Origin: Chrysemys picta bellii
Taxonomy: Eukaryota
Reading direction: 5' to 3'
NCBI RefSeq assembly: GCF_011386835.1
Contig: NC_088810.1
Span: 23,374,001 to 23,438,000, forward strand
DNA length: 64,000 nt
The translations under genes were made by a program, and so were the position numbers. Position 1 is the stretch's first letter. Each line of letters opens with the position of its first letter. Below are positions 52,813-64,000 of this stretch, in pieces. The notes beneath the pieces are model-generated. The model saw only the letters and a program-made list of their open reading frames with translations, was not told where the DNA came from and made no database searches.

Positions 52813-54260
52813 GGCTTTCTTTGATCTAAGCATTTCAAAGCACTTCATAACCACTCATCCAGTTTTATACTGCCAAAGACATGTATTATTATAGTAGTAA
52901 TAATATTTACTTCCAGTATTCAGTTTGCAATCCGCAGCCTCGGAAATTGGGGCTCTTTGATTTTCATTCAAGGTACCTTTGCATTTCCCTTTTACATCTA
53001 CTTTACAGTTGAAGGGTGGACGTTGAGCCAGTGTGTACCAGCACAGCTTCAAACTGAAGAAAGGCACTTTATCCAGGCTAGCTTAGAGACAATCTTGTGT
53101 GGAGTGCATCTGTCTGAGCATACTCGGCACTTTCAACTGCAACTGCTCAGATGCAATGTACAGTGAAGTCAATGAGAAACATCAGCTCCTGCATCTCCGT
53201 TCATGAGCAGCCAAGACAATTGAGTCCTGTAAGAGAATTCAGCTTGTAAAGAAAAGGAAGAAGCACAAAACAGACAGCGTTAAGGAGTACTTCTTCGATG
53301 GTCAACTTTCTGTGAGAGGAGATTGGAATCATTCCAAGTCTGACTAACCCAGGGAATTCTGCCAATCCCTTCTTCACAGAAAGCTTTTCAGCTATATTTA
53401 GAATGAGTTTGAAAATGGAAAATACACCCCCAACACAATGTCTTCTAACCTAAGCAGTGCCAATGCCTCCCCTCAATTTGAAGGCACCGAATGCCATAGA
53501 AGTGTATGGAAGTGCGCTGATGTACCCTGGCTCAGCATCTGCCCCTTGAGGTTTACAAAGGAATGTTTCTTAAGGAAAGGGAAATGAAAAACTTTTTTGA
53601 ATGAAAATCAAAGAGCCCCAAATTTGGAAGCTAGGAGTCATGAGCTGACTATTGGAATGACATCAGAAACCTTGACATGCATTTGTAAAATTAATCTAAT
53701 CCACAATTTGGGGGTGTCTAATCCCAGCACAAATATTCTCCTATTAAAATAATACAACACTGTGGATACATACAACATTAATGAGCCTGAAGTGCTTTGA
53801 AGTTTTTTGATTTGAGGAAGCTGTGATCATTGACCATAATATCAATATTAGATCAGATTTATGTGGAGGTAAACAAGCAATTGAGGTGTAGGATACACAG
53901 GGAACCAGTGGCAGAGTCTGAAGTAAAATCCAGTGACAGTGATTAGTAATGCCACATGCTCACCGTGGCTCATCACCTACATTGGACACTTTACTATTCT
54001 AGGCTTCCAAATATCCCATCAATGAAATCAGTAGAATGAAAGCAGGAATGTAGCTAGCCCATAAAGTTGTAAGATGAAAGAGAGTTGCAGGGTGTAATGT
54101 GTATGTCACACCATGCGGCGTTAGGAACAAACTAATCATCAAAAACACGGAGGATTAAAAACTACATAAATTGAAGGAGTTACGCAAAGGTTGGTTTGTA
54201 ACTAATTAGACCTTCAGGAACACAGGGCCTCTCAAGTCCTCCAGTGAATCTAGAAAACTG

Positions 54261-54330
54261 TATAAAAACACTCAGGGTTCAGCGATCTTCTAATCACTTG
54301 AACTTATTCTCCTAGGTGAATTAGACAAGT
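54261..54330 (+). promoter_or_regulatory. Orphan degenerate TATA/exon-1 relic with no coding exon downstream
   Basis: TATAAAA 54261-54267; donor-equivalent ACAAGT; inverted paralog of 22168-22240. Confidence 0.55.
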
Positions 54331-56558
54331 CCTATTTGACTCGCTCTCTCTGTAACTATTCCGATGACATGTCCTAGTGAGACCCACAAAAATGTTGAAG
54401 AAAAATGTAGTGGAAAATGTAATTCTTCTATCTGCAATATCAAGCCATGGTACATCCAGGGTATATTATATAAGAATGTTAATATGGAGTGCAGTGAGTC
54501 ATAGTTACCTCAAAAAGCCATTAGATTCTTGTACTGAATTAATGGTCTGCACATTCATCTCTTCATATCACACACAAGATTCCTTACTCCTGGAGGTGAC
54601 TTTGGTATAGTGTAATTTGTCTACATAGGCAGAATGAACTCTGTCAGGTGGGTTTACAACATCCTTCTGAAATTAATTTTTGGTCATGTCATTTGACCAA
54701 GAATTGGAGATTCCTGACAACCAGTAGCTGAACACATCAAGGCAAAGAATGAGACGAATATTAATTGACCTGAGTGTTACTGGTGCAATGAAATCCAATA
54801 TCTCAGTATGAAGCTGAAGTATTTCTGCCCCGTTGCCCTAGATCTTTTCAGCATTGCATAGTGAGGGCTGCAAAGTTGGCGTCAAGGGGCAGACTGGTTG
54901 AATTTATACCCCCATTAGGTTGTCATAAAAGACTGCTTTCTACTGAATGCTAAGTGCTACACGTCACTGGAGGTCCCAGCAGAGGAGAAGCAAAGAATGT
55001 TCCAGAAAAAGGAGAATTCTTCTGAAAGAGGGCCGCTGTCTCCATAATTATATTTCAGCAGACTTTCTGTTTGAGAATTTATAGTTCAAAATGCTCTCAA
55101 AATGGCAAGCCAGGGATCCATTGGTTTGAACATTCATCCTTGGCACATAGAGCAGCGATCGCAATGGAAACGGGGATTGGGTTGGTCAAAGGGCTCCAGA
55201 TAAAGCACCCATAATGAATGGACAGGTCAGTAAAGTTTTCAGCCTTCATATGTATGAATAATCTCTGCTGAAACACCCAAAGCCTGGGGAAGGCAAGCTC
55301 CAAAAACCAGTGAGGGTGACTTGTACAGTTAAGGTTGAGAAGAGCTTTCTAATGACGCACCAAACTTTCAAAGTGCTCTAGAAGCAAAGGCATCCTGTCT
55401 TGTAAGTTACTCTGCCATTCAAGGGTGAGAGTTAACCCTCCATTGTCCAAACGATTTGCTGGCCACTTTTCTTTTCCTTCTGATAACCTGAGTCTCTATC
55501 CTGCAAACACTCACAGACACTTACCGCAAACCATGTGATTGGTCTTCTGAAACCAAAGAAATATTGACATTCTTAATGTAAAAATCTGTGCAAGTCTTTG
55601 CAGGAAAAGGCTCTTTGCTAAACAGGTAATGGATGGAGGAACATAATACTTTGAACCCTCTTAAAGGGCTTTGTTCTCCCATCACTCCATGGCTTCGAAA
55701 TTTGCCATTTGAAAAGTGCCTGGTGCTGCCGGCTCTACAGGGATGAATATTATCCAGAGTGATTTTTAAACAAGGAGGGAGGAACAAGGAGAGCCAGAAG
55801 ACGGATATTGTCATGCATCATAGTTTATAATGCAAATGAAATTTGAAGTACATAGTTACCAAAAGAAATAATATGGAGCAGAAAGAATGTATTTCCAGTG
55901 TTTCCAAAAGGTCTGCAAACGATCTCCTGCTTCGTTGGGATGCATTTCAGACAAGAAGTTCTTTTTCCTTTCTTGCAACTGCAGAGTTGGCCAAACAAAT
56001 CCCCTTTTCAACCATTTCAAGTGACTTGTTTAACCCCAGTTAATGGGAAATGAGACAAAGCAAAGTAGAAGTGGAGGACTATGCTGCTTCTCTGTCATAC
56101 ATCTGCCACGGCAAAGTTCAAAGTGAGATGCTAAAGGTACGTATTGATTGAAAGGATAGACATACAGGGCCTAATTCTCCTTGACAGCAAGTACGCTTTC
56201 TCCCCTGCAAAGGGATTTAAAATGATAATAAATGTAACTGATGCCTCTGTTAAGACCCTGTTTCCTTCACACTGCGGGGCTAGTGCAAACAGCCTAAGTG
56301 TAATTCAGAATGAGTCCACGTGTGACTAGGAGAATAAGCGCATGGTTGGGAAAGCATTGGCAGAAAGAGTCATAAAGCGTAACATTAGAAATATGTCTAT
56401 GAGACAAAGGTCCTGAGCAGACACAGCTCGAACTGAGTTCAACCGGAGCCATGCTGGCACAGCACTTCTGAAATCCATGCTCAAAAGGTCATCTGTGAGT
56501 CGGTAGCTTGCTGTTCATTTCCTTGTCTTTTCTTTTCCAACTGATATTCCTGCTGGGT

Positions 56559-56969
56559 TTTATATAGTGCCCAGCTTCCACTGAGGTACCTATGGCAAGA
56601 TACCCTGGAACTGCATATTTCCCCGTAATCATAACGCCCTGGGAAATTGCATAATCCCCCATAACTGTAACCTCCCCCGTAACCACACAATCTTCTATAA
56701 CAGTAATGGCCCCCATAACCACCTAATCCCCTGCAACCATACAATCCTCTGTAACGGCCTCCATAGCCGTACAGTCCCCCCAAACCAAATGAGCCCCCAT
56801 AGCCCACTCTGACCACAGGTGCTTCTACGGCTCCCACTTCACTCTGCTGAGGGAAAGTGCTGAGAATTGGTTCTGGGAGGTCACAATAACACGGCTCGTT
56901 GCAGCTACTAGTAACTGGACTGGGCCGAGCCACGCCTCATTATGGGTGGCACAGGCTGGAGGAAGACAT
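56559..56969 (-). pseudogene. Older CBP pseudogene with the core box deleted
   Basis: [44 protein letters not shown]... Tandem TAA TGA, net 48 bp core deletion, and ancestral stop TAA>AAA at 56561-56559. Confidence 0.9.
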
Positions 56970-57639
56970 CTTTCTGTGGTGGAAGTAAACCAGAAACACA
57001 CAACAGGGAATAAAGAGAAGGTACGAGTGTCAGTGGAAGAAAGGCTTCAAAGCTCGGTTACTATTGCAATGAGGTCTACGTGGGGTCCAAGAGAGAGAGG
57101 AGGAGTGGATTTATTCCCTAAGTTCATGGCTATGTATATGTTCCTATTTCCTCTTTCTATGCCTCTTACCCATTTGCACTGAACTTCTCTTCCAATCGGC
57201 CCCTTTGATTCTTTCTCTATTACTTTATTTGAAAAACACCAACTGGAATAAGTGTAACCATTTCCATGATGGACAGCTGGGATTCTGTGTCCATTTAAGA
57301 CATTTCTCAAAGTGAACATGGCTGGGATAATGCTGATCATTTCCTTTCCTTTGAGGATTTAATCTCTGCATGGCAAACCAGTTCTGTCCGGTATCAGAGT
57401 GTGGCTCTTTGGTTTTCCAATACTTGCTGATGAATGAACAGAAACGTTTGTTTTCTCCAAATAAATCAATAAGGACTAGATCCTCATCTGGGGTTAATTG
57501 GTTCAGGTCCACTGCCTTCCATGGAGCGACACTAAATTACACTATCTGAGGAGAAGCATCTTCAGTGGGTATTTCTGCTCATAAGAATGTAGGAATTGCT
57601 AGACTGGATCACACCAGTTGTCAGCGTAATCCATTCTCC

Positions 57640-57795
57640 TTGTCTTTCAACCAGTTGTATATCTTATAGTAAAGTCATCTAGATGACATCTCCCTAGTTT
57701 GCTTATGAGACTTTCATGTGGGACTGTGTTGAAAGCCTTACCAAAATCAAGATGTATTATGTGTATTGCTTCTCCCCTATCCACTAGACCAACAG
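57640..57795 (-). mobile_element. CR1 LINE reverse-transcriptase fragment
   Basis: Minus-strand translation GLVDRGEAIHIIHLDFGKAFNTVPHESLISKLG, matching the CR1 LDFSKAFDTVPH motif. Interrupts the pseudogene intron. Confidence 0.75.
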
Positions 57796-57849
57796 CTGCC
57801 ATATCTGGAACAGTCTTCCAGGGGGAGTAGTGGGGGCAAAATACATATC

Positions 57850-58331
57850 TGGCTTCAAGACTAAGCTTGATAAATTTATGGAGGGGATGGTCAGATGGGA
57901 TAGCCTAATTTTGGCAATTAATTGATCCTTGATTATTAGCAGGTAAATATGCCCAATGGTCTGTGATGGGATGTTAGATGGGTGGGATCTGAGTTACTAC
58001 AGAGAATTCTTTCCTGGGGGCTGGCTGGTGAGTCTTGCCCACATGCACAGGGTTTAGCTGATCGCCATATTTGGGGTCAGGAAGGAATTTTCCTCCAGGG
58101 CAGATTGGCAGAGGCCCTGGGGGGTTTTCGCCTTCCTCTGCAGCGTGGGGCACGGGTCACTTGCTGGAGGATTCTCCGCACCTTGAGGTTGTTAAACCAC
58201 GATTTGAGGACTTCAGTAACTCAGGCATCGGTTAGGGGTTTGGGTGGGTGAGATTCTGTGGCCTGCGTTGTGCAGGAGGTCAGACTAGATGATCATCACG
58301 GTCCCTTCTGACCTTAAAGTCTATGAGTCTA
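57850..58331 (+). mobile_element. CR1 LINE 3' end with long 3'UTR
   Basis: Ends GGAGGTCAGACTAGATGATCAT..GGTCCCTTCTGACCTTAAAGTCTATGAGTCTAT, a CR1-type 3' terminus with TCTATG repeats. Confidence 0.75.
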
Positions 58332-58539
58332 TATCCTGGCCTGAATGTGGGTGGGGAGAGAAGCTGTTTGGCCTATAGCCCCAGCTAAGGCACCATGCAT
58401 AGGAGCTCGGATTGGAGGATTGACTGGCTCCACCGATTGGTCCAACTACACTGTTTAAGCCAGGAGGAGAAACAAGAAGTTTGTCCAAGTAACAAATTGG
58501 TTTCCTATTGTGGCTGCATCAGACCCTGCTTGTGTCTAC

Positions 58540-58860
58540 CTCCTGCACCCAACCTGGTTCCAGCTCCACTCCTGGCTCCTATCCTACCCCCCACCTTCAC
58601 TCCTGTTCCCACTGTGCTTGACCCTTGCCTCTCCTCCTGCCCTTATGCCTCAGCTCCAATCCTGGCTGTGACTCCAGCCCCTGACTTCTGACCCTGGCTC
58701 TGGCTTGACCCTTGGCTCTGGCATTTGGCATCTGACCTTGGCTCTGGCATTTGGCATCTGACCTTGGCTCTGACCCTCAGCTTCAATTCCTGGCTCTGAA
58801 TCTGGCTTGAACCTGGCTCTGGTAACTAGCCACTGACTCTGGTGCTGACCATTGGCTTCA
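58540..58860. repeat. Pyrimidine-rich degenerate tandem repeats including a 26 bp unit
   Basis: GACCTTGGCTCTGGCATTTGGCATCT x~2.5 at ~58707-58772, within CTGGCTC-like repeats. May be part of an LTR-type remnant. Confidence 0.55.
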
Positions 58861-59436
58861 TTCCCCAACCTGTACGCCTGTTGTGCCCATTAGACATGAC
58901 CATAACAAAGTGGATTGGTTGACCCTCCCCCCATTGGAGGAACGTCAGGTGGGGTTCACTGGCAGTGATACATCTGACTGATATGGAGTATATAGGGTGG
59001 CCCACCCCTTTTACATATGGCCAAAGCCCAGAGCTGCTTAAGATTTCTGAAACTTAAATCTGAAACACTTTCAATTAAAAATGTTGAGAGACTGGATTAC
59101 CTTGGGGGGAAGACGCCAGGCTGCTCTCCAACCTCAGGAGTAGAGGACGAGTAGGAGGAATGGTTTACATGTTGACATTGCCCATCTAGAACATACCGAG
59201 TGGCTGTTATGAGGCATTAACCTATGGCTGAATATGTCTAGATCTTCTGAATAAAAATGAATGCCAAACACCCTATTTGGGTTAGTTGGTACAAAGAAAG
59301 TACCACAGGGGTAATCCCGCTTTTATGATTTATAGACGCTTGCCAGACCTGATTCTTTTCTCAGTACAGGGCTTGAGTGGGACTTAAGTAATGCACATGC
59401 CCTGTCTCCCTGCAAAAGAGTAAATTTTTATCCACA

Positions 59437-59516
59437 GGACCAGATTCACAAAGGTGTAGCACTCCCACTGATTTCAATAGGTGTTAGGCACCTATGTATT
59501 TCTGGGAATCTGGGCC
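59437..59516. mobile_element. Short MITE-like remnant
   Basis: Termini GGACCAGATTC ... GAATCTGGGCC (10/11 inverted match). Confidence 0.4.
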
Positions 59517-60282
59517 GCAGTGACTGGTAAATAAGGAATGGAGCCGAAAGGAAAACCAGAAGGCTGATATTATGATGCAGAATCACTTTAATGTGAACAA
59601 AGAAGGGGAGTAGAGAGGAACAGACAGAAAGAATGCTGACAAGAAAGAATCTATTTCCAAGGTTTCAAGAAGGTCTACGACAAATCACCTGCTCCAAGGT
59701 GATGCATTTCACACCAGGTGTTCTTCTTTTTTCAGTGCAGCTGTAGAGTTTGACAATCACATCTTGTTTGCAACCATTTTAATGTATTTGTTTCATCCCA
59801 GTCAGGGTCAAATGAGACAAAGCACAATATGAGGAGAGGACTAAGCTACTTTTCCATTATACATAATCTGTAACAACATGGAAGCAAGAAGCAAATGGTG
59901 CATATTCATGAAAAGGCTAGGACACACAGGGACTTATTTTGATTGACACTAATACCCCTTTGCATGACTCTCAAAGGAGCCTTCAAGTGAATGTAAATGT
60001 TATTTGTCCCAGCCTAACGGACCCTGCTTCATCTACACTGTCAGAGTGGCCTAAAAGAGCCGTCATGGAACTGAGATTCAGGCCTTCAGATAATTATAGA
60101 AGAAGCAGAGAATATGAGAAGTAACAGACATAAGGTGTAACTTGGAAAATACAGATATGGGGAAAATTTACAGAACTGCTGAGCAATTACAGCTCCTATG
60201 GGAATTGTGGGGGATCCGCATTCCTGAAAGCCGTTGCCTATAAGCTTATCGGTGAATCGTATCCTGCTTTTCATTTCCGGGT

Positions 60283-60513
60283 CTATTGCTCCTCGGCAAA
60301 ACATGGCCAGCATCTTCCATAGCCATAACCACCCCCCCATCGGTAAGGGTAAGAGTAGCAGGAACCGGAATTGTGGCCCCACCCATAACTGTATGGCCTG
60401 TAGTAACCCCATGGCCGATAGCAGCCGTAATGGCCCCCATAACCGCCCCAGCCCCCATTCCAACAGGGGTCACAGCCCCAGTGGTGAGAAAGCTTTTGGT
60501 GGTGGTAAGTCAT
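60283..60513 (-). CDS. EDAA: Epidermal differentiation protein rich in aromatic amino acids (EDAA-like), 76 aa
   Basis: [38 protein letters not shown]...RCWPCFAEEQ*: 13 Tyr, 7 Trp, Gly/Cys rich, no CBP core box. Acceptor at 60535, ATG 21 nt downstream. Family assignment from recalled turtle EDC gene descriptions. Confidence 0.8.
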   Translation of the reverse strand: MTYHHQKLSHHWGCDPCWNGGWGGYGGHYGCYRPWGYYRPYSYGWGHNSGSCYSYPYRWGGGYGYGRCWPCFAEEQ

Positions 60514-61554
60514 CTTGCTGCGTTGGAGGTAAACCTGAAACACACAGCAGGGAAAAGAGTCAACATCATGCATTAGAGCCAACAGAATGAAAAGGACAAA
60601 ACTCAGTTACAATTGTAATTGGAGTCAGCAAAAGACAGACAGACTAGGAAAACGATGAACTAGACCTTCAGTTCCTGGCTACATTTTGCATCCCATTTCC
60701 TCCACTTGCTCCACTTACTCTGTCTCCTTCCTAACCAACTTCTTGAATCTGTGTCAGTCCTCGTGCCCAAAAAACACTGACTGGAGTAAGTAAACATACA
60801 ATATAGAATATTTCTATCATGAGTGATTGGGATTTTTATTCCCTTCTACAAAATGTTCATACGAAGTATTGCAGATGAACTGTGTTAATTATCGTTTCCT
60901 TGTGAGGATTTAACTTCCACATGCAAACCACTTCTCTTCCCAGTTAAAGTGTGGCGCTTTGGTTTGTGAGTCAGCAAATATTTCCTAATGAATGAATGGA
61001 AAATATGATTTTCTCAATACAAAACACTAACGGGCCGAGCCTGAGCTGGGTTAAATCGGCTCCGTTACTCTGACTTACCCCAGCCTAAAATTCTTAGTTG
61101 CACACACTTTAGAACATAGGAGTTCTCATACTAGATCAGACCACTGGTCCTCATAGTCTATTATCCTATCTCAAAGAGTGTTGAGTACCAACTGCTTCCA
61201 AATAAACTACAAGAACCTAGAATTGGTCCTTTCTAGAATAACTATGGGAGTTTCTTCCTAAAACACCTTGGTTAAAGCTGGGGTGTGAGATTTTTCAAAA
61301 CTACCAAAGGGACTCCAATTCCCTATTTCTAATTAAGAGTAATAGAAACTGGGTGTCAGAGACACACATGTTGCTCTGCAAATCTCACCCTTAACTTTCA
61401 AACTATGAATCCACCAACGCCTGCAACTTAAGAACTTCAAAAATATGGAAAAACTCCTTAGCAATGCTAAGAATCAGAGTCTATGTGCAACATTGAGTCC
61501 TAAATCACTAACATGACACCTCCACAGTCATAGAGAGAGAGAGATTCAAATCAA

Positions 61555-61628
61555 ACTTACCCCGTTCACCAAGGAGAGTAAGACAGAAGAAGTGGTTAGA
61601 AGAGATTTGACTCATGAGAGGTTTTATA
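61555..61628 (-). promoter_or_regulatory. TATA box, exon 1 and donor of the EDAA-like gene
   Basis: TATAAAA at 61628-61622; GG|GTAAGT at 61560; intron 60535-61560. Confidence 0.75.
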
Positions 61629-63563
61629 CTGTTCCTCAGACCGCCTGGAGGATCCATACCATTGGGGCCTGAAGTTTTTATTAGTTACAAAAGAAATTTT
61701 GTTGCACGTCATACTTTCAAGGGCTATAATTATTTTCCTCAGGGTTTGTGATTATTAATCTGTTCTCAGCCACACCTGGTACAACATGCCTACTACACAC
61801 TGCAGATTTCTTTAACATTAAAAGTTATGGGCAAACTACATTCCTGTTATCATTCTCCTGAATTCATTGGAGTTACAATGGGAATGAATTTGAAGGAAAG
61901 TCAGAACTGGATCTGTGCATCACTATCACATACAGGAATCCAATCTCGTCATTTAAATTAAATCTGGTATTGGTTAGAGTCATTCTAGCATTTTCCTAAG
62001 AATCAGGAAGCTTTTTTCTGTGTAATTAGCTCATCTGCCCATAAAATATCTGATCCAATTTAGGCTAAAACAAATGGTAGTTAATCCACTAACTTCATGA
62101 GTGGGTTGTTCATGAGACCCTATGACATGAAATTCACCCCTGGCAGAGAGGCAATACAAGGCTTGTAAACACATATGTCCCATTTAAGTATTCAGAAGTA
62201 AGTCTTCTCAGAGACTTAAATCTGAATATGCTTTTATGCTGGCCCTCTGTCCTGTGGTTAATTTGACCCCATGGTGATTAGAAATACAACTCTCAGTAGA
62301 GCTCCCCTTATGTCTCCAATGCTGTGTGATTAGGGTGATCACCCTGGGAGAACCACACAGAGCTGCTTACTGCAGTGTTGCTCATTGTTCACGTTGAAGG
62401 TTAGTGCTATAAAGACTTTGAGTTATAACCTTGAACCTGTACGGCCTCAGCCACCACATCTCCATTCATAAGCAGCTAAGAAACCTAAGGAAACCTGAGG
62501 AAATGCAGTTGAGATAATCCAGAAGAAGTACAGGAGAAATGGAGAAAAGGCAGCATTGGCCAAGAAGGAGATGGAAGGAGATGAGGTTAATGCAGACTCC
62601 GACCAACCGTAGGACATGCTTGCAGATACTTCTCTTGTAGAAGGTGTTCAGCTATACTACTTAAAGCATTATATACACTCCAAAAATGTTCCCTCTAACC
62701 AGGGAAAGAGGAAGAGAGTTTCTTTGCTTTTCAGGTGTCACTGTAGCCAACAGAGCTGGAATGGTTTACACCAGCAGAGGATTTCATCCATAAATTATAC
62801 AATGGGATTTTAATACAAAAGAGAAACACATAGCTGCTCTTTAATGAAAATCCAGTAGCCCCATTTCTGAGGTTAGAAATCATGATCTGATTAAGGCCTC
62901 GAAATGAGAACTTGAAATGCATTTTTAAAGTAACCCTATTACTCAGAACATGGGTGTCTTCCAAGAACAAAAAATTAATGTTACAATCAAACACTTTGGA
63001 TATGTAAAACTTCAGTGGGTGTTTGGTGAAGTGCTTTGGTATCATGAGTTCTGAGAAAGCCTCACAACATCGTTCAGAAGGTTATCCTATTTTATATGCA
63101 GATAAACAGAGGCACATTTTGTTGAAGGTCACATAAAGAGTCAGGTGCAGAGACAGAAATAAAAGCCAATAGTCCTGACAGCTCTTACTACCTGTTACTC
63201 TCTGGGATGAATACCATTAGACTGCATTACAAGACAACATTAGTAAAGTGTGTTGTCTTCTTAATAACATTTAGTATTTTTGACTTCCTAATATGCAACT
63301 TACATGACTGCAATTGTTACAGAGATTCAATTTTGTTCTTGTTTTGTTTGATGAGCTTCTTGATGAATCATCTTCTGGTAACTTGTAAGCAAAAACCCAC
63401 TAGATAAGGTCATGATCCACTTTAATGTTGCCTTCTTTATACCTGGTGATAAAAATTCTCCAACAGAATGACAAGTATATAAATTGCATATTTTTTCACT
63501 GGTGGTGTAGGATCATAAACTTCAATTTAGAATTCAAATATCAAAAATGCTGTGATAAGACAC

Positions 63564-63631
63564 TGCAGGAGGTCAGACTAGATGGTCATGATGGTCGCTT
63601 CTGGCCTTAAAGTCTATAAAAGTCTATGAGT
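63564..63631 (+). mobile_element. Extreme 3' tip of a CR1 LINE
   Basis: TGCAGGAGGTCAGACTAGATG..CTTAAAGTCTAT..GTCTATGAG, matching 58271-58331. Confidence 0.7.
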
Positions 63632-64000
63632 TTATTCCTGTGCACAATACCATTCCTCTTTCCCCTGCCTCTTCATCTGACTGTTACTATCAAGCAAAAT
63701 CTTAACTCCAGTCTCATGTTTTCCTCAAAATGTTTCCCCATCTCCTCCAGCAGTGTGGATCTGGACCTGTTATATGTACATTTCCTGAGATTGTAGTTAA
63801 GGTTTATTTTACAGAACACGTCAGGGTGATTTTGCCCAGTGTAGTGTGCGTGTTATTCTTTCTTTCCATGGAAACACGTCCCTATGGTGGGTCACAGTAT
63901 CCTACTACTTATGAATAATTTCACATTTGAGTAGCAACCAAGAGGTAGCATTTTCTCTTACCTCCGAATTCCCTTCCTTTTCAGATTTTGGGTCAGTGGC

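Larger units (their letters stand above)
48462..54385 (-). repeat. Inverted duplicate of ~22115-27250
   Basis: For example, 52081-52138 is the reverse complement of ~23691-23748. Identity drops beyond ~53140. Confidence 0.8.

Noticed and set aside
56481-56933. 150 aa ORF as an intact CBP
   Set aside because: Starts at a GTG just after tandem stops, lacks the core box and reads through a mutated stop; it is a pseudogene.
58395-58868. Pro-rich ORFs (LAPILPPTFTPVP...; EPGIEAEGQSQGQMPNAR...)
   Set aside because: Translation of low-complexity tandem repeats next to CR1 debris; no gene structure.
60967-60973. AP-1 site TGAGTCA in the EDAA-like intron
   Set aside because: A single 7-mer; the homologous CBP position reads GGAGTCA/GGAGTCC, so conservation does not support function.
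62380-62620. Purine-rich stretch that reads like coding sequence (..AAKKPKET*GNAVEIIQKKYRR..KEMEGDEVNADSDQP*)
   Set aside because: Interrupted by stops and I cannot assign it to any family. A tBLASTx search would be needed to test for a retrocopy.

Overview
Eukaryotic, non-avian sauropsid DNA, most likely turtle (inferred from the CR1 3'UTR, Penelope and LTR repeat types and the protein sequences). The window is part of a corneous beta-protein (CBP, beta-keratin) cluster of the epidermal differentiation complex type. It contains 7 intact CBP genes of 166-176 aa, 7 CBP pseudogenes of three kinds, one orphan promoter/exon-1 relic, and one intact aromatic-rich EDAA-like gene near the right end. 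Every intact gene has a TATAAAA box, a short non-coding exon 1, a ~1.0-1.1 kb intron and a single coding exon. About 1-54 kb is a mosaic of recent direct and inverted duplications: a ~24.6 kb tandem duplication, a CBP cassette between ~1.5 kb inverted repeats that occurs in both orientations, signs of gene conversion, a templated insertion and microhomology deletions. Penelope-like fragments carry hammerhead-like motifs, and one sits exactly on a rearrangement junction. Alignments were done by eye, so duplication boundaries are approximate. Most short ORFs in the supplied track are shadows or duplicated non-coding sequence.
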